Assembly: GCA_013239625.1 (NCBI GenBank)
Contig: MU056898.1
Span: 711,717-775,716 of the forward strand
Reading direction: 5' to 3'
Origin: Lama guanicoe
Taxonomy: Eukaryota
Length of the DNA: 64,000 nt
The position numbers and the translations under genes are program-made. The notes under the pieces were generated by a model. The model saw nothing but the letters and a program-made list of their open reading frames with translations, ran no database searches and was not told the DNA's origin. Positions 25,801 to 37,800 of this stretch are shown here, piece by piece (position 1 is the stretch's first letter; every line of letters begins with the position of its first letter).

Positions 25801-28800
25801 GAACCTCTGCTCCATGGCGATGGTCAAGGCTGTCCTGGCTGCAGGCAGGAGTCTCAGAGTGTTCTCTGCAGGCTGGAGTGTGGATGCCTGGCTGGCGGGG
25901 TGCCAGGTCTGGGCCCCAGCTGTGTAGCTTCCCATCTGTGTGACCTTGGGTGGGTCCATCCACCTCTTTGGGCTTCACTTAGTTAGGGGGTTCTGCCCCT
26001 TAACTCCTACGACTCTTCCCGACTCCCCCCCCATAACCCTGTCCCAAGCCTCCCACAGCCCCGGTGTCCTGAGGCAGAGGTCAAACTCGCTGTCTCTGCC
26101 CTCAGTCTCTCATTCTTGCTCACTATCTCCGCCAGTTCAGGGGAAGCTGGAAGAGGCAGAGGAGAACTTGGTGTGGTTGTGGCCTGGTGTGGTAGTGCTG
26201 TGCTCAGGTCAGGACAAGGCCTACAGGAGCCCAACAGTCAGTCAAGGAAGGCTTCTTGTAGGAGGTGCTACCTCGGCTGCTGTGGAGGCTGTGAGCCAGG
26301 CTGTGAACACGCAGAGGGTGAGGACTCACCTGGAGCTTGGCGGGTGGTGAACCCATTTCCCGTTAGAGCCCTGAATGCTCAGGTGTTTCCTTTGAGACTC
26401 TAAAGATATGAGGTAGCTATGTGGAGACCTTGGGAAAGAGGGTTCTAGGCAGTGGCAACTGCACATGCAAAGGCCCTGAGGCAGAGAGAAGCCTGGGCCT
26501 CAGCCCTCAATAAGGGAGTCTCTCTGGTCTGAACGTGCTGCCTTGGAGGTGGTGTGTGCTCTGTGCTGGAGGTGCGTGAGTGCAGCCTGGAGGGCCACTT
26601 ACGGGGGATTGGAACTCTGGGTCTCAGGACCCTCAGGGGCCAGGAGTCTCCCAGCAGGGACCACAGCACGTTGGTTTGACGCTGTGACTCAAGCATTGTC
26701 GGCATGTGCCTGTGGGTGCGGCTGGCCCTGTTGTCATCTTCCCCACAATCAGAAGGAAATTCGCTCTGGTTGAAAACAGCATTTATTGCCTCTCTGCTAG
26801 TTACGAAGGTGATACACATTCATGGAACATTTGGAAAATGGAGACAAGAAAGCAGCCCCTCAGCTGGAGTCGGCCTCTGTGCTTGTACCTGGAGGGCGGG
26901 GGGCGGGGGCTGCCACCTAAGACTAGAACTTGTCACCTGCTTTTAAACATCAGGTCTTTGGACCACGTCCTTGGTCCTTAGCTCTCGATGCTTACCCAGC
27001 ATCCCACGGCACCAGGGTTAGGATTCTGGGGCTGCAAGTGACAGACGTGCCAAATGGGACAGAGCGCTTTGAGGGGCAGCGTGGCAGCTCCTAGCGCAGC
27101 CCTGCTTGGACAGCAGCTGTGAGCTGGGCATCAGGGGTGCAGGGCCCATGCACTGGAGGGAGGCGGGGGAGCCCCTGCCTTGGCTCTGGCCCAGGGTGCT
27201 CTGTGGCTCCTGTCCCTGAGCTACAGCTGTTCTGCCGAAGAGACGCGTGCTGTTTGTTTTAGAAGTATTTCTCTGGGAAGCCACACGGTGACCCTGGGAG
27301 GTGGGCACTGTTGCCTCTACAGAAGTGAACCGGAGGCCACTGGCCAGCTAGCGTCGGTGGGCCAGGAGACACGGGAGGCCCGGCTCCAGTCAGCATGCCC
27401 AGCCCGTGGACACAGCCCCTGTGGTTTCCAGGTCTGGTCAGGAGGCTCCCTGAGCCCTGCCAGCAGGTGCAGTTCAGGAAGCCTCAGCGGGGGTCAGGAC
27501 CAGACCCCCTACCCGCCAAGGCGGCTCTGCTGAGTCTTTGGCTGGAGAAGAGGAAGCAAATCTGCAGCCCAGGGACGGGATCACGGATACGGAAGGGGCC
27601 TCACGTGGCCCCCCGAGGGACTGGGGCACGAGACAGGGCGGTGTGGGTGCAGCAGGGCCCGAGGAGTGCTTGGCTGTGCCTGTGCTGCCTGCTGGGGTCT
27701 GCAGGGAGCCTGCCTGAGCCCTGTGCTGGCCAGGACACACACTGGCCCCTAGGTGGCTCTCTGGGACCTCCCGTGGTCTTGGGGAGGACTCAGACCCACA
27801 GTCGGGCTTTTGCAGCTCAGCGTGACGAGGCCCTGTGGGGCCGAGACATGCTGGGGTCGGCAGGTGGGCCAGGTGGGGTGTGGGAGAAGGGCCTCGGGAG
27901 CCTCCCTCCCCACTGCCCCTGCCCATGGCCTGGGCTTGTTACGTGCCGGATGGGCTCATGCACACACACAGGCCTGCACGCGTGTGTCACCCGCAGCCCC
28001 CATTGGTGTGCCCCTCCCCCTCCCCCTCCCCAGAGGAGACTGGCTGAGGCCTGGTCCCCACAGGAGGCAGGTGGGCTCTGAGGGACAGGTGTGCCAAAGC
28101 GAGGCTTGGTTTCGTCCACAGGCACCCTCTATGGCTGGACTGTCCTGTGTTGGCCGAGGGCACAGGGTGAGGCCTGCCTGCCCAAAACCTGAGTGACCAC
28201 TTCCTTCTGCCTCTGAGAAGAGTGGCAGGCCCAGTGTCCCCCTACCTGGCACTCCTCCTCTGGCCCCGTGCGCTCTGGGCGGGGTTCCTGGCCACTGGGA
28301 GGGGCACTCCAGAAGTTTGAGTCTGGAGTCGGGGGTTGGGCTGAGTTCCCGGGGCGCATCTGCCTGGTGGAGGCGAGCCCTGGTGCTGGACTCTGGTCTA
28401 GCCTGATGATGTGACTAGGCCTGTCTGGTGGCTCCTGCCTGCATCTGAGGCCTGTCACCTGGGCTCCCAGTGGTGGCCGGTGGAGAAGCTCTTGCAGACA
28501 GGCTTTCTGAGTGTCGTGCTGGGAGATGAGTTAGGGCACTGGGACCAAAATAGACATGCTCTTTGCTTCGAGGGCAGCTCCGGTGCTGGGCTCTTTGGTG
28601 TCTGCTCCCTCTGTGAGCCGGTGTGGGCAGCAGTGCGGGGCCTTAGCCTTCCTCCACCCGGCCCATGGTCCGGGAGGGCAGCAGAGGGGGTGCTGGGCCT
28701 GGGGGGTGACCGACCAGAGCTGCTCTCTGAGGCTTCAGCCCGATCCTGCCTCACTGGGTGTCTGTCCTGTTGGTTCCTGGGGGGCAGCGTGGCATGTGCC

Positions 28801-31800
28801 CCTGAGGAGGTGACCTGCAGCTGGTGCATGTGTGTGCAGCCTGGTGCCGGGAACTAGGTCTCAGCGTGGGGGGCTTGGACAAAAGGCTGGGCCCCTCCTG
28901 GGCCCCGGCACGCTGGCTGCTGGCTGTGCTTTCTCCAGGCATGGCCACGAGCTCACCAGCATGGAATTTGTGAAACCTAAGCCCAGCTTGGTGGAAAAGC
29001 TGTTTTTAATTTCTGGCCGACATCTGGGAGCCACGGCCAAGTGCGCTGGGGGTGGGGGTGGGGGCGGCTGCGGGCCGCACAGCCAGCTCAGCACCGCGGC
29101 CCCAGCCCTTGCACCCGCCCAGCCCAACCCAGCCCAGCCCAGGAGGTGGGGGCTCTGGTGGGGGCTCCAGAACTTCCCTTAGGAGGCCCGTGCTGGCTCA
29201 GACCCTGCCTCCATGCTTCAATGTGGGGGCCCCAGACTCCTCCTCTGGATGGTGGACGCCCCCCTGCCCCAGGGGTTCTGGGGACCAACAAGGCTGTGTG
29301 GAGCTGGGCCGCAGAGGGTGCTGGGGCAGATGGCCAGCCCGAGGGGAGTGGGCAGCGCCTGTGGTGCGTGTCCCCCAGACACAGGAGCTGCGGCAGCCTC
29401 TCCCCTTCCTCTCCCAGGCCCAGGGCTCCAGCCAGGACATGTATGGGTTCCTAGATAGTGCCTCAGGATGTGGGACCCCGCCAGCCTCCTGGACGCCCCT
29501 CCCTGGCTTCCTCCTCTGGAGAAGGGCCCGTGGCAGTCCCAGGGCTGGGGTGGGTGTCCCCTGGAGGCACTGAGGGGCCCCTGGTTCCCCTCTCCCACCT
29601 CGCTGTGTGCCCCAGCCCTATCCCCCAGGGCCCTGCTCTGCTGTCAGGAGCTGTGGGCTCAGGGCTGACCCTCGCCAGGCCACAGCTGCCAGGGCCCCTC
29701 AGGATGCAGGCTGCAGCCTGCGCCTTGTGCCGGGCGCTTGCTCTCACCGTCCCTCTCTGGGAGTGCTCCCCCATGCCTCACAGTGCCCTGCTGACCCCGT
29801 GATGGCAGTTAGGGGACACCTCTGAAGTCTCTGCACCCCTCCCCCAGCCTGCCTGGCCCCCACAGCCTCTGAGCTTCCAGGCCCACACTCTGGGGTCTTG
29901 AGAGTTGCCAGCCCGGCCCCGCAGGGGCTGTGCCGGTTGGGTCCCATGTCCCCAGGGCCCAGTGCCAGGGCTGGTGTGAGTACAGGCACATGCTTGCTGA
30001 AGTTCCACAGCCTAGAGGCCAGCTCTGGGCTGAGGGCCCTGTGTGTGGAGTCCGGCCCCCCCATTCCAGGGAGGCAGGTGCGACCCACACATGGGCATGT
30101 GAGTACAGGATGGTGAGGTCCCGGATCCCTGGTGGAATTTGGACTTGTCTCCTCTTTGGAGCCTTGCCCTTTACCACTTGGCCAGGCTGCCTCCCAGGGA
30201 GGGTTGGCACAGGGCGGGGCAGAGGCCGCTCTGTAGCAGGGCAGGCTCGCAGGCCTCGCTAGTTCCTCATGCCACGGCAGCGGTGGGACCTCAGGCTGTG
30301 GTCACATCCCTGGATCCTGGCTCCAGCACGCTAGCCATGTGATCTTGAGGGAGTCCCCAACTCCCTGGAGCCTTCCCGAGTCACCCCTGGGCTGCTAGTC
30401 CCCGGTCTCCCCTGCCTGTGGCACCGGTGCCGGGTGCACGTGATCTCCCACAAGCAGGCTAGCCAGGGACACACGCCACTGAGGCTGGGGCAGCAGGGTG
30501 GCTGGGATGTGGCTTTGGGTTGTGGCTGGGGACAGCCGTAGCCCCACACTCCCCATCAGAAGCTCTGTGAGGGTCTCCCAGAGGGGCAAGGGCTCTCCAG
30601 CCTGGCTGTGGGCTGTGGTGTCCTGCAGAGGGGCTGAGTGGACAGGCCAGCCCCCATGTCGGTTGCTGCTGGCACGGTGGTTGCTCTCCCAGGAGGGGTG
30701 TGAGGGGTGGGGTGCATGTCTGTGGTTCTGGTGTGCTCACCATGTGTGGCACACTCCCCTGCGGGCTTCCATGCCAGGTACTGCCAGGACACCTAGCTGG
30801 AGCTGCCTGTGCAGGTGGCACACGGCTGTGCTGCCCAGGGTCACGCAGGGCCCTCCCCGCCTGGTGGCCTGGAGCATCGCAGGGCAGCCTGAGCCGGCAC
30901 TGTGTGCGGTGCGCAGTCCCATGGAAGGGAGCTGGCGGGAACAAGCCGTGAGTGGGTCCGAGAAGGGGCAGACTTGCAGCCCCACACCGCCTTTTGCCAT
31001 GCCCTCCCATCTGCAGTGGAGCCAAGCCCCCCCGCACGGCTTTGTTAGTAAGATTTAATGGCGCGCTGTGGCCCTCTCCAGTCTGACCTGGGTCTCTCTT
31101 TGCACCCAGACTGCCAGCAAGTCCAAGGCTGCGCTGGGGCTCCCTCTGCTCGCACAGGGACCCAGCCGAGGCTCACACGGGGACACTGCTGCCCCGGCGT
31201 CCCGCGCCCCTTGTGCCCTTGCCGGGCTTGGAGGACTTGCTTGGGGCGGGGGCTTGTTAGGCCCCCCGAAGGGCCTCAGATGTGGGCCTGGGCCTGACCT
31301 AGGAAGCGGTGAGGCTTCAGACCCTGAGCTCTGGCCCGGTGGGTGCTTCCAGAGCAGGTGGGGGCTTTGGGGGAGTGTATGGACCCAGAGGTGGATGGGG
31401 GCCTCCTCGGTGGATACACCCTGTGGCAGAGGCTGCAGGGCCTTGGGGAGGATGGGGTGGTCCAGGCTGAGAAGCGGCAGGAGGGGTGGGTGGACCGAGC
31501 GCCCCCAGCCCCCGCCCTGGGCACGTGTGTCGGTGCCGAGTCCTCACAGCATGGGCGCTACAGGAGCGCCTTAGGTGGCTGGAGGCCAGCGCCGTGGCCA
31601 GCGGTCAGGATGTGGGCCCCAGTGTCTCGCCTCGCCTGACCGATTGCTGACATCACTTCCATCGCAGACGGAAAGTTCCATTTGGTCAGAGCCCCGATGC
31701 TGATCAGACATTTCCCATTCAGAGGGGAAGCCAGGCCGTGGAAAGGGGAGGTGGGGCCACCACGGGAGTGCCAGCAGAAGGCTGCTCTCTGGGAATCTGG

Positions 31801-34800
31801 CCACGGGGACAAGGGCAGAGGTCAGGGCAGGCACCCGGGACCCTGGGCAGGAGGATACAGCTGCCCAGTGCCGGGCACCCCATGGGCACGGGCTCTGCTC
31901 GCCGGCAGCAGTGGGCGGGGCCCCGTGCTCCCAGTGCCAGCCTCCCCTGTGTAAACTAGGAGGGTGCTGTCGCCTCTCAGTCGGGGCTGTGTGTGGCTGT
32001 CCTGGTTTAGGCCCCGCAGCCACCCGCTGGGGTCACTGTTTAAGGCTAAGCCTGTCCAGGAGGAGAGCATCCTGCCAGAGAGGAAGCTGCCCCGGCCTGT
32101 CAGCTGGGGGTGGGTGGCAGGGGCCTGTGTTTCTGAGCACCCACTGTGGGCCAGGCCTCCGGGGCCACCACCCTTGGTAAGTTGATGAGCTTAGCGAGGC
32201 CTTTCCAGGACCCACTGGCGGAGGTGTGGGCAGACAGACCCAGCACGTAGACGGTGGACGTCGGTCCCTGTCCTCACTGTCAGAAGGGCTCTCTGGAGCT
32301 GTGTAGACAGAACTGCAGCTGCCCAGATCCCTGGCTTTTCATGCAGCACCCAGGCCTGTGCCTGTCACTGCCCCCAGGAGAGCCTCTGGGAGCAACCCCT
32401 CTGCCCTCGGTGCCTGTCTGAGCCCCTGGCCACGCTCGCCGGTTACTCGGCTCAGCTCTGTGAGGCTGGAGGGGGGCGGGGTGGGGTGGGAGACTTCTCC
32501 CCCAGGGCTGTGACTTCCGGACCCCAAGGCAGGTGCCTGTGAGTGAGGCTGCGCCTGGCTGGCCGAAGCCTTTCCCCCTCCCCGTCGCTGGCAGGTGTCC
32601 GGTGCCCAGGCGCGTGGGACCCCCTCCCCACCTGCCCGCCCACAGCCACAGAGCTTCCAGCCACAGGCTGCTGCTACCACACCGCTGGGAGCTCAGCGGT
32701 GACACGTGCACATGGACGGGTGTGGGTGCACGTGTGAGTGTACGGGCGTAGAGATGCGTGTGTGGGCGTGGACACTCTCACCTCGTCTTTGAGCAGCCAG
32801 GACACCGACTCCCTGTCCCCAGCCCACCAGGCTGCGGCGGGGCAGAGCTGGTCTGGGAGCAGCGCCCCCTCCCCGCTCCCCACGGAGGCGCTGTTTGAAG
32901 TCTTTATAGGTATTAGCTTGTTCCATTCTCACAGTAACCCTTCTAGGTAGGACAGTGATATTACTGTCTGTTTTATATGTGGGGAAACTGAGGCACAGAG
33001 GCTAAAGTCACTGACTCGTGGTCACATTCTAAACCAGGCCAAGCAGCACTGACCTGCAGTACTTTGGTTCCCCCATGAGCCGGGCCGCCCTCCCGCACAC
33101 CGCTGGCCAGCAGCAGGCAGCTCGCAGCAGCCTCCGGCGGCAAGACCCGGGGTGTCCGTCCCCTCGGTCTCTGCTCCTGGAGGACTGGCACCAGCAGGGA
33201 CGGTACAGCATCCCCACAGACAAGAGGGGCTCAACTTCTCGCCTTCGTGGCTGCCAGGGCCCTTCTCCCATGTGACACCGGGAGGGGCCGTGGAATGTCA
33301 CGTCCCACGGCGGAGTTGCTGGGGCTGCCGGGCCGCACGGGCTCCCACGTGGCAGAGCTGGGCACAGGCCAGGGGCCTCCCACACACAACTGAAAAGAGC
33401 TACTACCAGGTTTCTGGTTTTGTTTTAATTATAAAGGTAGTATGGTTTGTGGTTTGAAAAAAAAAGAAAACCAAAAAAAGATTTTAAAAAAAACTCCAAC
33501 AACAAAAAACAAATCAAAGCTGCAGGAGACCCAGGCGTGCCTCCCGCCTGCCCGCCCCGCAGGTGCCCAGGCCCGGCGCCTTCCGGGTGCCGTCGGCCGC
33601 GGTGACTCTGACCCCTGGACCAGCCCGTGCCCTCCCTGACTTGCTCGGGTCGCTGCCTGTTGCGCTTTTTCTGTTCTTCATGGCCTGGCTCCCGTCTAGA
33701 AGGCCTCACCCCTCTTCCTCCACCGGCCCAGCAGCCCCAAGGACGGGAGCCGCCTCTGCTGGGCGCCTGCCGGGCCAGGCGCTGGCGTGTCCCCCCAGGT
33801 GCTGGGGTCTTGCTTGGCCAGTGATGCTTATCTTACCTCGCTTTTCTTACCTGGGAAACAGGAGTGGGTGGTCCTGGCGCCACCTGGGCTGTGGTCTGGG
33901 TCTTTGATGAGTCCTGACTGCGTGAGCGCTGGCCTCGCTGCCAGGCTGGTCGGCTCAGGGCCCCAGCTTGGGTGCCGCCTGCCCTGTGCCCCCACCCTGG
34001 CTTCCTCGCCCCAGGGGCTATTTCCTCGCTAGAGGTGTGTAGGTGTGCTCATTTAAGGATCAGCTCGGAGCCAGCTGTGTTCTGGGTTTGAGGGTAGAGC
34101 CTGCTCTCCCAGACCGGCCCACAGTGATGGGGGGGACCAGATGGGAGAAGGGGTGGCACGAGGTGGGGTAGGGTGGCAGTGCTGGCCTGAGGGCTGCTGG
34201 AGGCCGTGGGGCGGGGATGCTGCCAGCCTGGGGCCCAGATGGGCCTGGTGGACAGGGTCTGTGGGACCCTGGGAGCCGGGGTGCCTGTGGCATCGAAGGG
34301 GGCTCAGTCCCATTGGAGACGTGGCGCATGTTGTGGTCTGACTGAGGTTGTGGGAGGCGGCGGTTTATTCTGCCCTTTGCCTCTGACCTGTGAGAAAGGG
34401 ACCGGCAGGGCCTGCAGCATCTATGCCTGGTGTCCCGCTTTGTGTGTGTGTCTGTGTGAGGGCACGACCCACAAGACAGTGCTATTCCCAGCCCCCGGAT
34501 GTTAACGCCTCGTGCCGGGCTGTGTTGGGTGGGATGGAGGTTGTGCCTGATACTAGGCTCCTTAAGGTGAGCATCCTCCCCTGTGACTGGCGCCTGGCCC
34601 TCCGGCAGGCCCTTGATTCCCTTCTGCTGTGGCCTGGCCCACCTCCCTGTGTGACCTTGGACAAGCTCCCCCATCCGCCGCCTCAGAGTCCCCTTTGATG
34701 TGAGCACCCTGGGACCTTTAGGGAGCCTTGAGCTGACGAAGTGGCTTTGGAGCCAGCCCCACTGGGCTTGCTCCCTCCCCTACCCAGTCGGTGAGCAGGG

Positions 34801-37800
34801 GTGGTCAGGGCCTGTCAGGCCCTCTGGCCTGTGCTGCAGCCTCGTGGTGGTGACCTGGCCTTCCCCAAGAGGGTGTCCCCACCCTGTGCCTTTGGAGGGG
34901 GGCAAGGCCCAGTCTCCAGACAGCAAGTCAGCCCCCAGTTTGGCTTGGACCATGGCTGTAGGTGCATGCCCTGGTCAGCACCACCCTGGTCAGGTGAGAG
35001 AGCCCTGCCTCGGGTGCAGGGGTCAGCCAGGGATGGTGGGCCTGGCAGGAGGCCTTTGGGGCCAGCTGGCTCCTGGGAAGGCAGGGGGTGCCATCCTATG
35101 TCTGCTGCCTGGCAACTGTCTCCTAGGAGACAGCTGCTGGGCACCCGGGCTATGATCCAGCGGTCCTAGTGCCTCTGTGGCTGAGCCTCTGGTCCCAAGG
35201 GGGCCCTGCAGTGGGCAGGTGGACCTGGGGCATTCTGCACCCCAGTGACTCCCCAGGCTCACGGCCACACTGCTGACTGTTTGGATGTGGGGTGAGGGTG
35301 TTTCCAGGTCCCCGAGGTCTGGCTGTCTCTGCAGCAGTGCCAGCATGGCAGCTGAGGGGTGTCCAGTGGGTGGGCACCTCTGTGGTACTTCCTCGGCTCC
35401 CCCTCATGAGCTGTACAGGGTCGGGGCCAGCCTGCTGCCCTGCAGTCCTGTGCCAGCCACCACTCCCACCCTGACAAAGCATGGGTGCTGAGACTCCCCG
35501 AAGGGCTGTGATGTGGACACGCGGGTCCCTCCTCCATACTTTCTCTGAAGCCAGTTTCTTTATCAGTTGAATGGGGGTGAGCACCGGACCAGGCACACTG
35601 AAGGGCGAGGTTCCCCGGGGGCGGGGCAGGGCTGGTGCCTGTCCCAGCAGGTGAAGGCTCTGGGCTGTGTCCCTGCCCCAGGAGGCCCAGCCCACAGCTG
35701 AGCCCACAGTGGGCATCGCTGCTGGATCGAGTCAGTTGCTTCCCATGGGGGACGCTGGCCTTAGTGACAGGAGGGTGCTGGGGGGTTCTCCTTCCTCCCC
35801 TGATGCTTCCTGGTGCCAGGTTGGAGAATTCTGGGTCCTTCAGGCTGCGTGGGGCTGAAGCTCACGAAGGCGCTCAGATCCAGAGCAGTCTCAGCCCTGC
35901 GGGTGAGGATGAGGGTGGGGGCGTGGTGCTGACAGCCCCTTCCTGGGGCCCTGCTGTGTGCCCAGCCCCACAGCAGGCGTGGGTGGCCTTCAGTAAGACT
36001 GTGCCTGCCTCTTCTGGGGAGGCAGCATCACCCTCTTTTTACAGACAAGGAAACTGAGGCTCGGGGAGAGTAAGGGCCTTCCTTGGCCATGTGGCCAGTT
36101 AGTGGCCACTGGTTAGCAACTGGGCTGGCCCTGCCTTGGGGCCCCCACCCACCCAACACCTCCTCATAGGGCCTGGTCCAGGACCCCTGTCTGCCTCGGG
36201 CTCTGGGGCCCAGGAGGTGGTGGGCTCCCAAGGGGAGGACACAGGGCTTGGGAGGGGTTAGGAGAGGGCACCTCATGGTCTTGCCCACTAGGTGGCGTTT
36301 GGGTTGAATCCTGAGTCTAGGCCTGAAGACGGTGAGCCTGGGGTCACAGGTCTGGGTGACCACAGGCATGTCACTCAGGTGCTGGGGGAGGGCTCAGTGG
36401 GAGTGTGTGCCCATCCCTTGACCGCGGGCGCCGGTGGGCTTTGCTGGTACCGGAGTTGGGTGCAGAGCCAGAGCGGGGCCCACACCTCCAGCACCACTTC
36501 CCAACCGCCCTCAGGCGCTGCTGCTGCTTGGGGCCGCCGCGCTGGCGTGCCTCGCCCTGGACCTCCTCTTCCTGCTCTTCTACTCCTTCTGGCTGTGCTG
36601 CCGGCGACGCAAGAGCGACGAGCACCTGGACGCCGACTGCTGCTGCACCGCTTGGTGCGTCATCATCGCCACTCTGGTCTGCAGGTGAGCGCGCGTTTGG
36701 GTCAGGCTGGGTGGAGGCGTGGCCCGCGGGGGGCGGGGACCCAGGCGGGAAGGGGCGGGCCAGGTGGCCGCGGGGGCGCCCCCGCCCTGAGGCCCGCCCT
36801 TCACGCGGCCCCGCCCTGTCCCAGCGCCGGCATCGCCGTGGGGTTCTACGGCAACGGGGAGACCAGCGACGGCATCCACCGGGCCACCTACTCGCTCCGC
36901 CACGCCAACCGCACGGTGGCAGGGGTCCAGGACCGCGTGAGTGGCCGTATGGGAGGGGGTCCTCTTCCTGCTTCTAAGCCGCGTGTGTGCGTGTGTGCCC
37001 CAGCGTGCGGGCGCGTGCGAGAACGGCGCCGTGCCCTCCCGGGTGACGCTGCCCCCAACCTGGCACAGGTGTGGGACACTGCAGCCGCCCTGAACCGCAC
37101 GGCGGAGCCCAGCCTGCAGAGCCTGGAGCGGCAGCTGGCCTCCCGGCCAGAGCCCCTGCGGGCGGTCCAGCGGCTGCAGGGCCTGCTGGAGACACTGCTC
37201 GGCCACACAGCTGCCCTCCCGTTTTGGAGGAACCCGGCTGTGTCGCTGGAGGCGCTGGCCGAGTGGGTGGACCTCTACGACTGGTACAGGTGCGGCCCAC
37301 CCCTCTCCTGCCCTCCCCACCTGGTCACTGCTGTCTGTGGGCCGGTTGACTCCCAGCTCCCCGGGCCTGAGGTCTTATGGATGGGAAGGGTCGGGGCCAC
37401 TGGTGGCCACTGTGGAAGGAGTTCCCGTGGGGACATCTTTTGTAAGAACTGAAGCCAGTCTCCACATCCCAGAACTGCCTGTGCTTGGCCCGCTGCGTCC
37501 TGGGCTGTCTGCCTGGCCCTGCCCCCCCTGGGCCCAGGTGCCTGCCCTGCCCCAGCCCGCCCTTGCTGCCGGCCCCCGGGGCCGCGGGCCCGGCCCATCT
37601 GTGCGGTGCGCCTGCAGGTGGCTGGGCTACCTGGGCTTCCTGCTGCTCGACGTTGCCATCTGCCTTCTGGTGCTCGTTGGCCTCATCCGCAGCTCCAAGG
37701 GCATCCTGGTGGGGTGAGTCTGTGGGCCCCTGGGGCAGTGGGAGGGGTGAGTCACCTGCAGCACATGTCCCCTGAGTCAGTCCTGTCCCACCCTCCGCAT

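Noticed and set aside
36292-37452. 386-aa ORF as a separate gene
   Set aside because: It runs through TTYH3 exons 3 and 4 in frame plus stop-free introns, and crosses exon 2 in the wrong frame.
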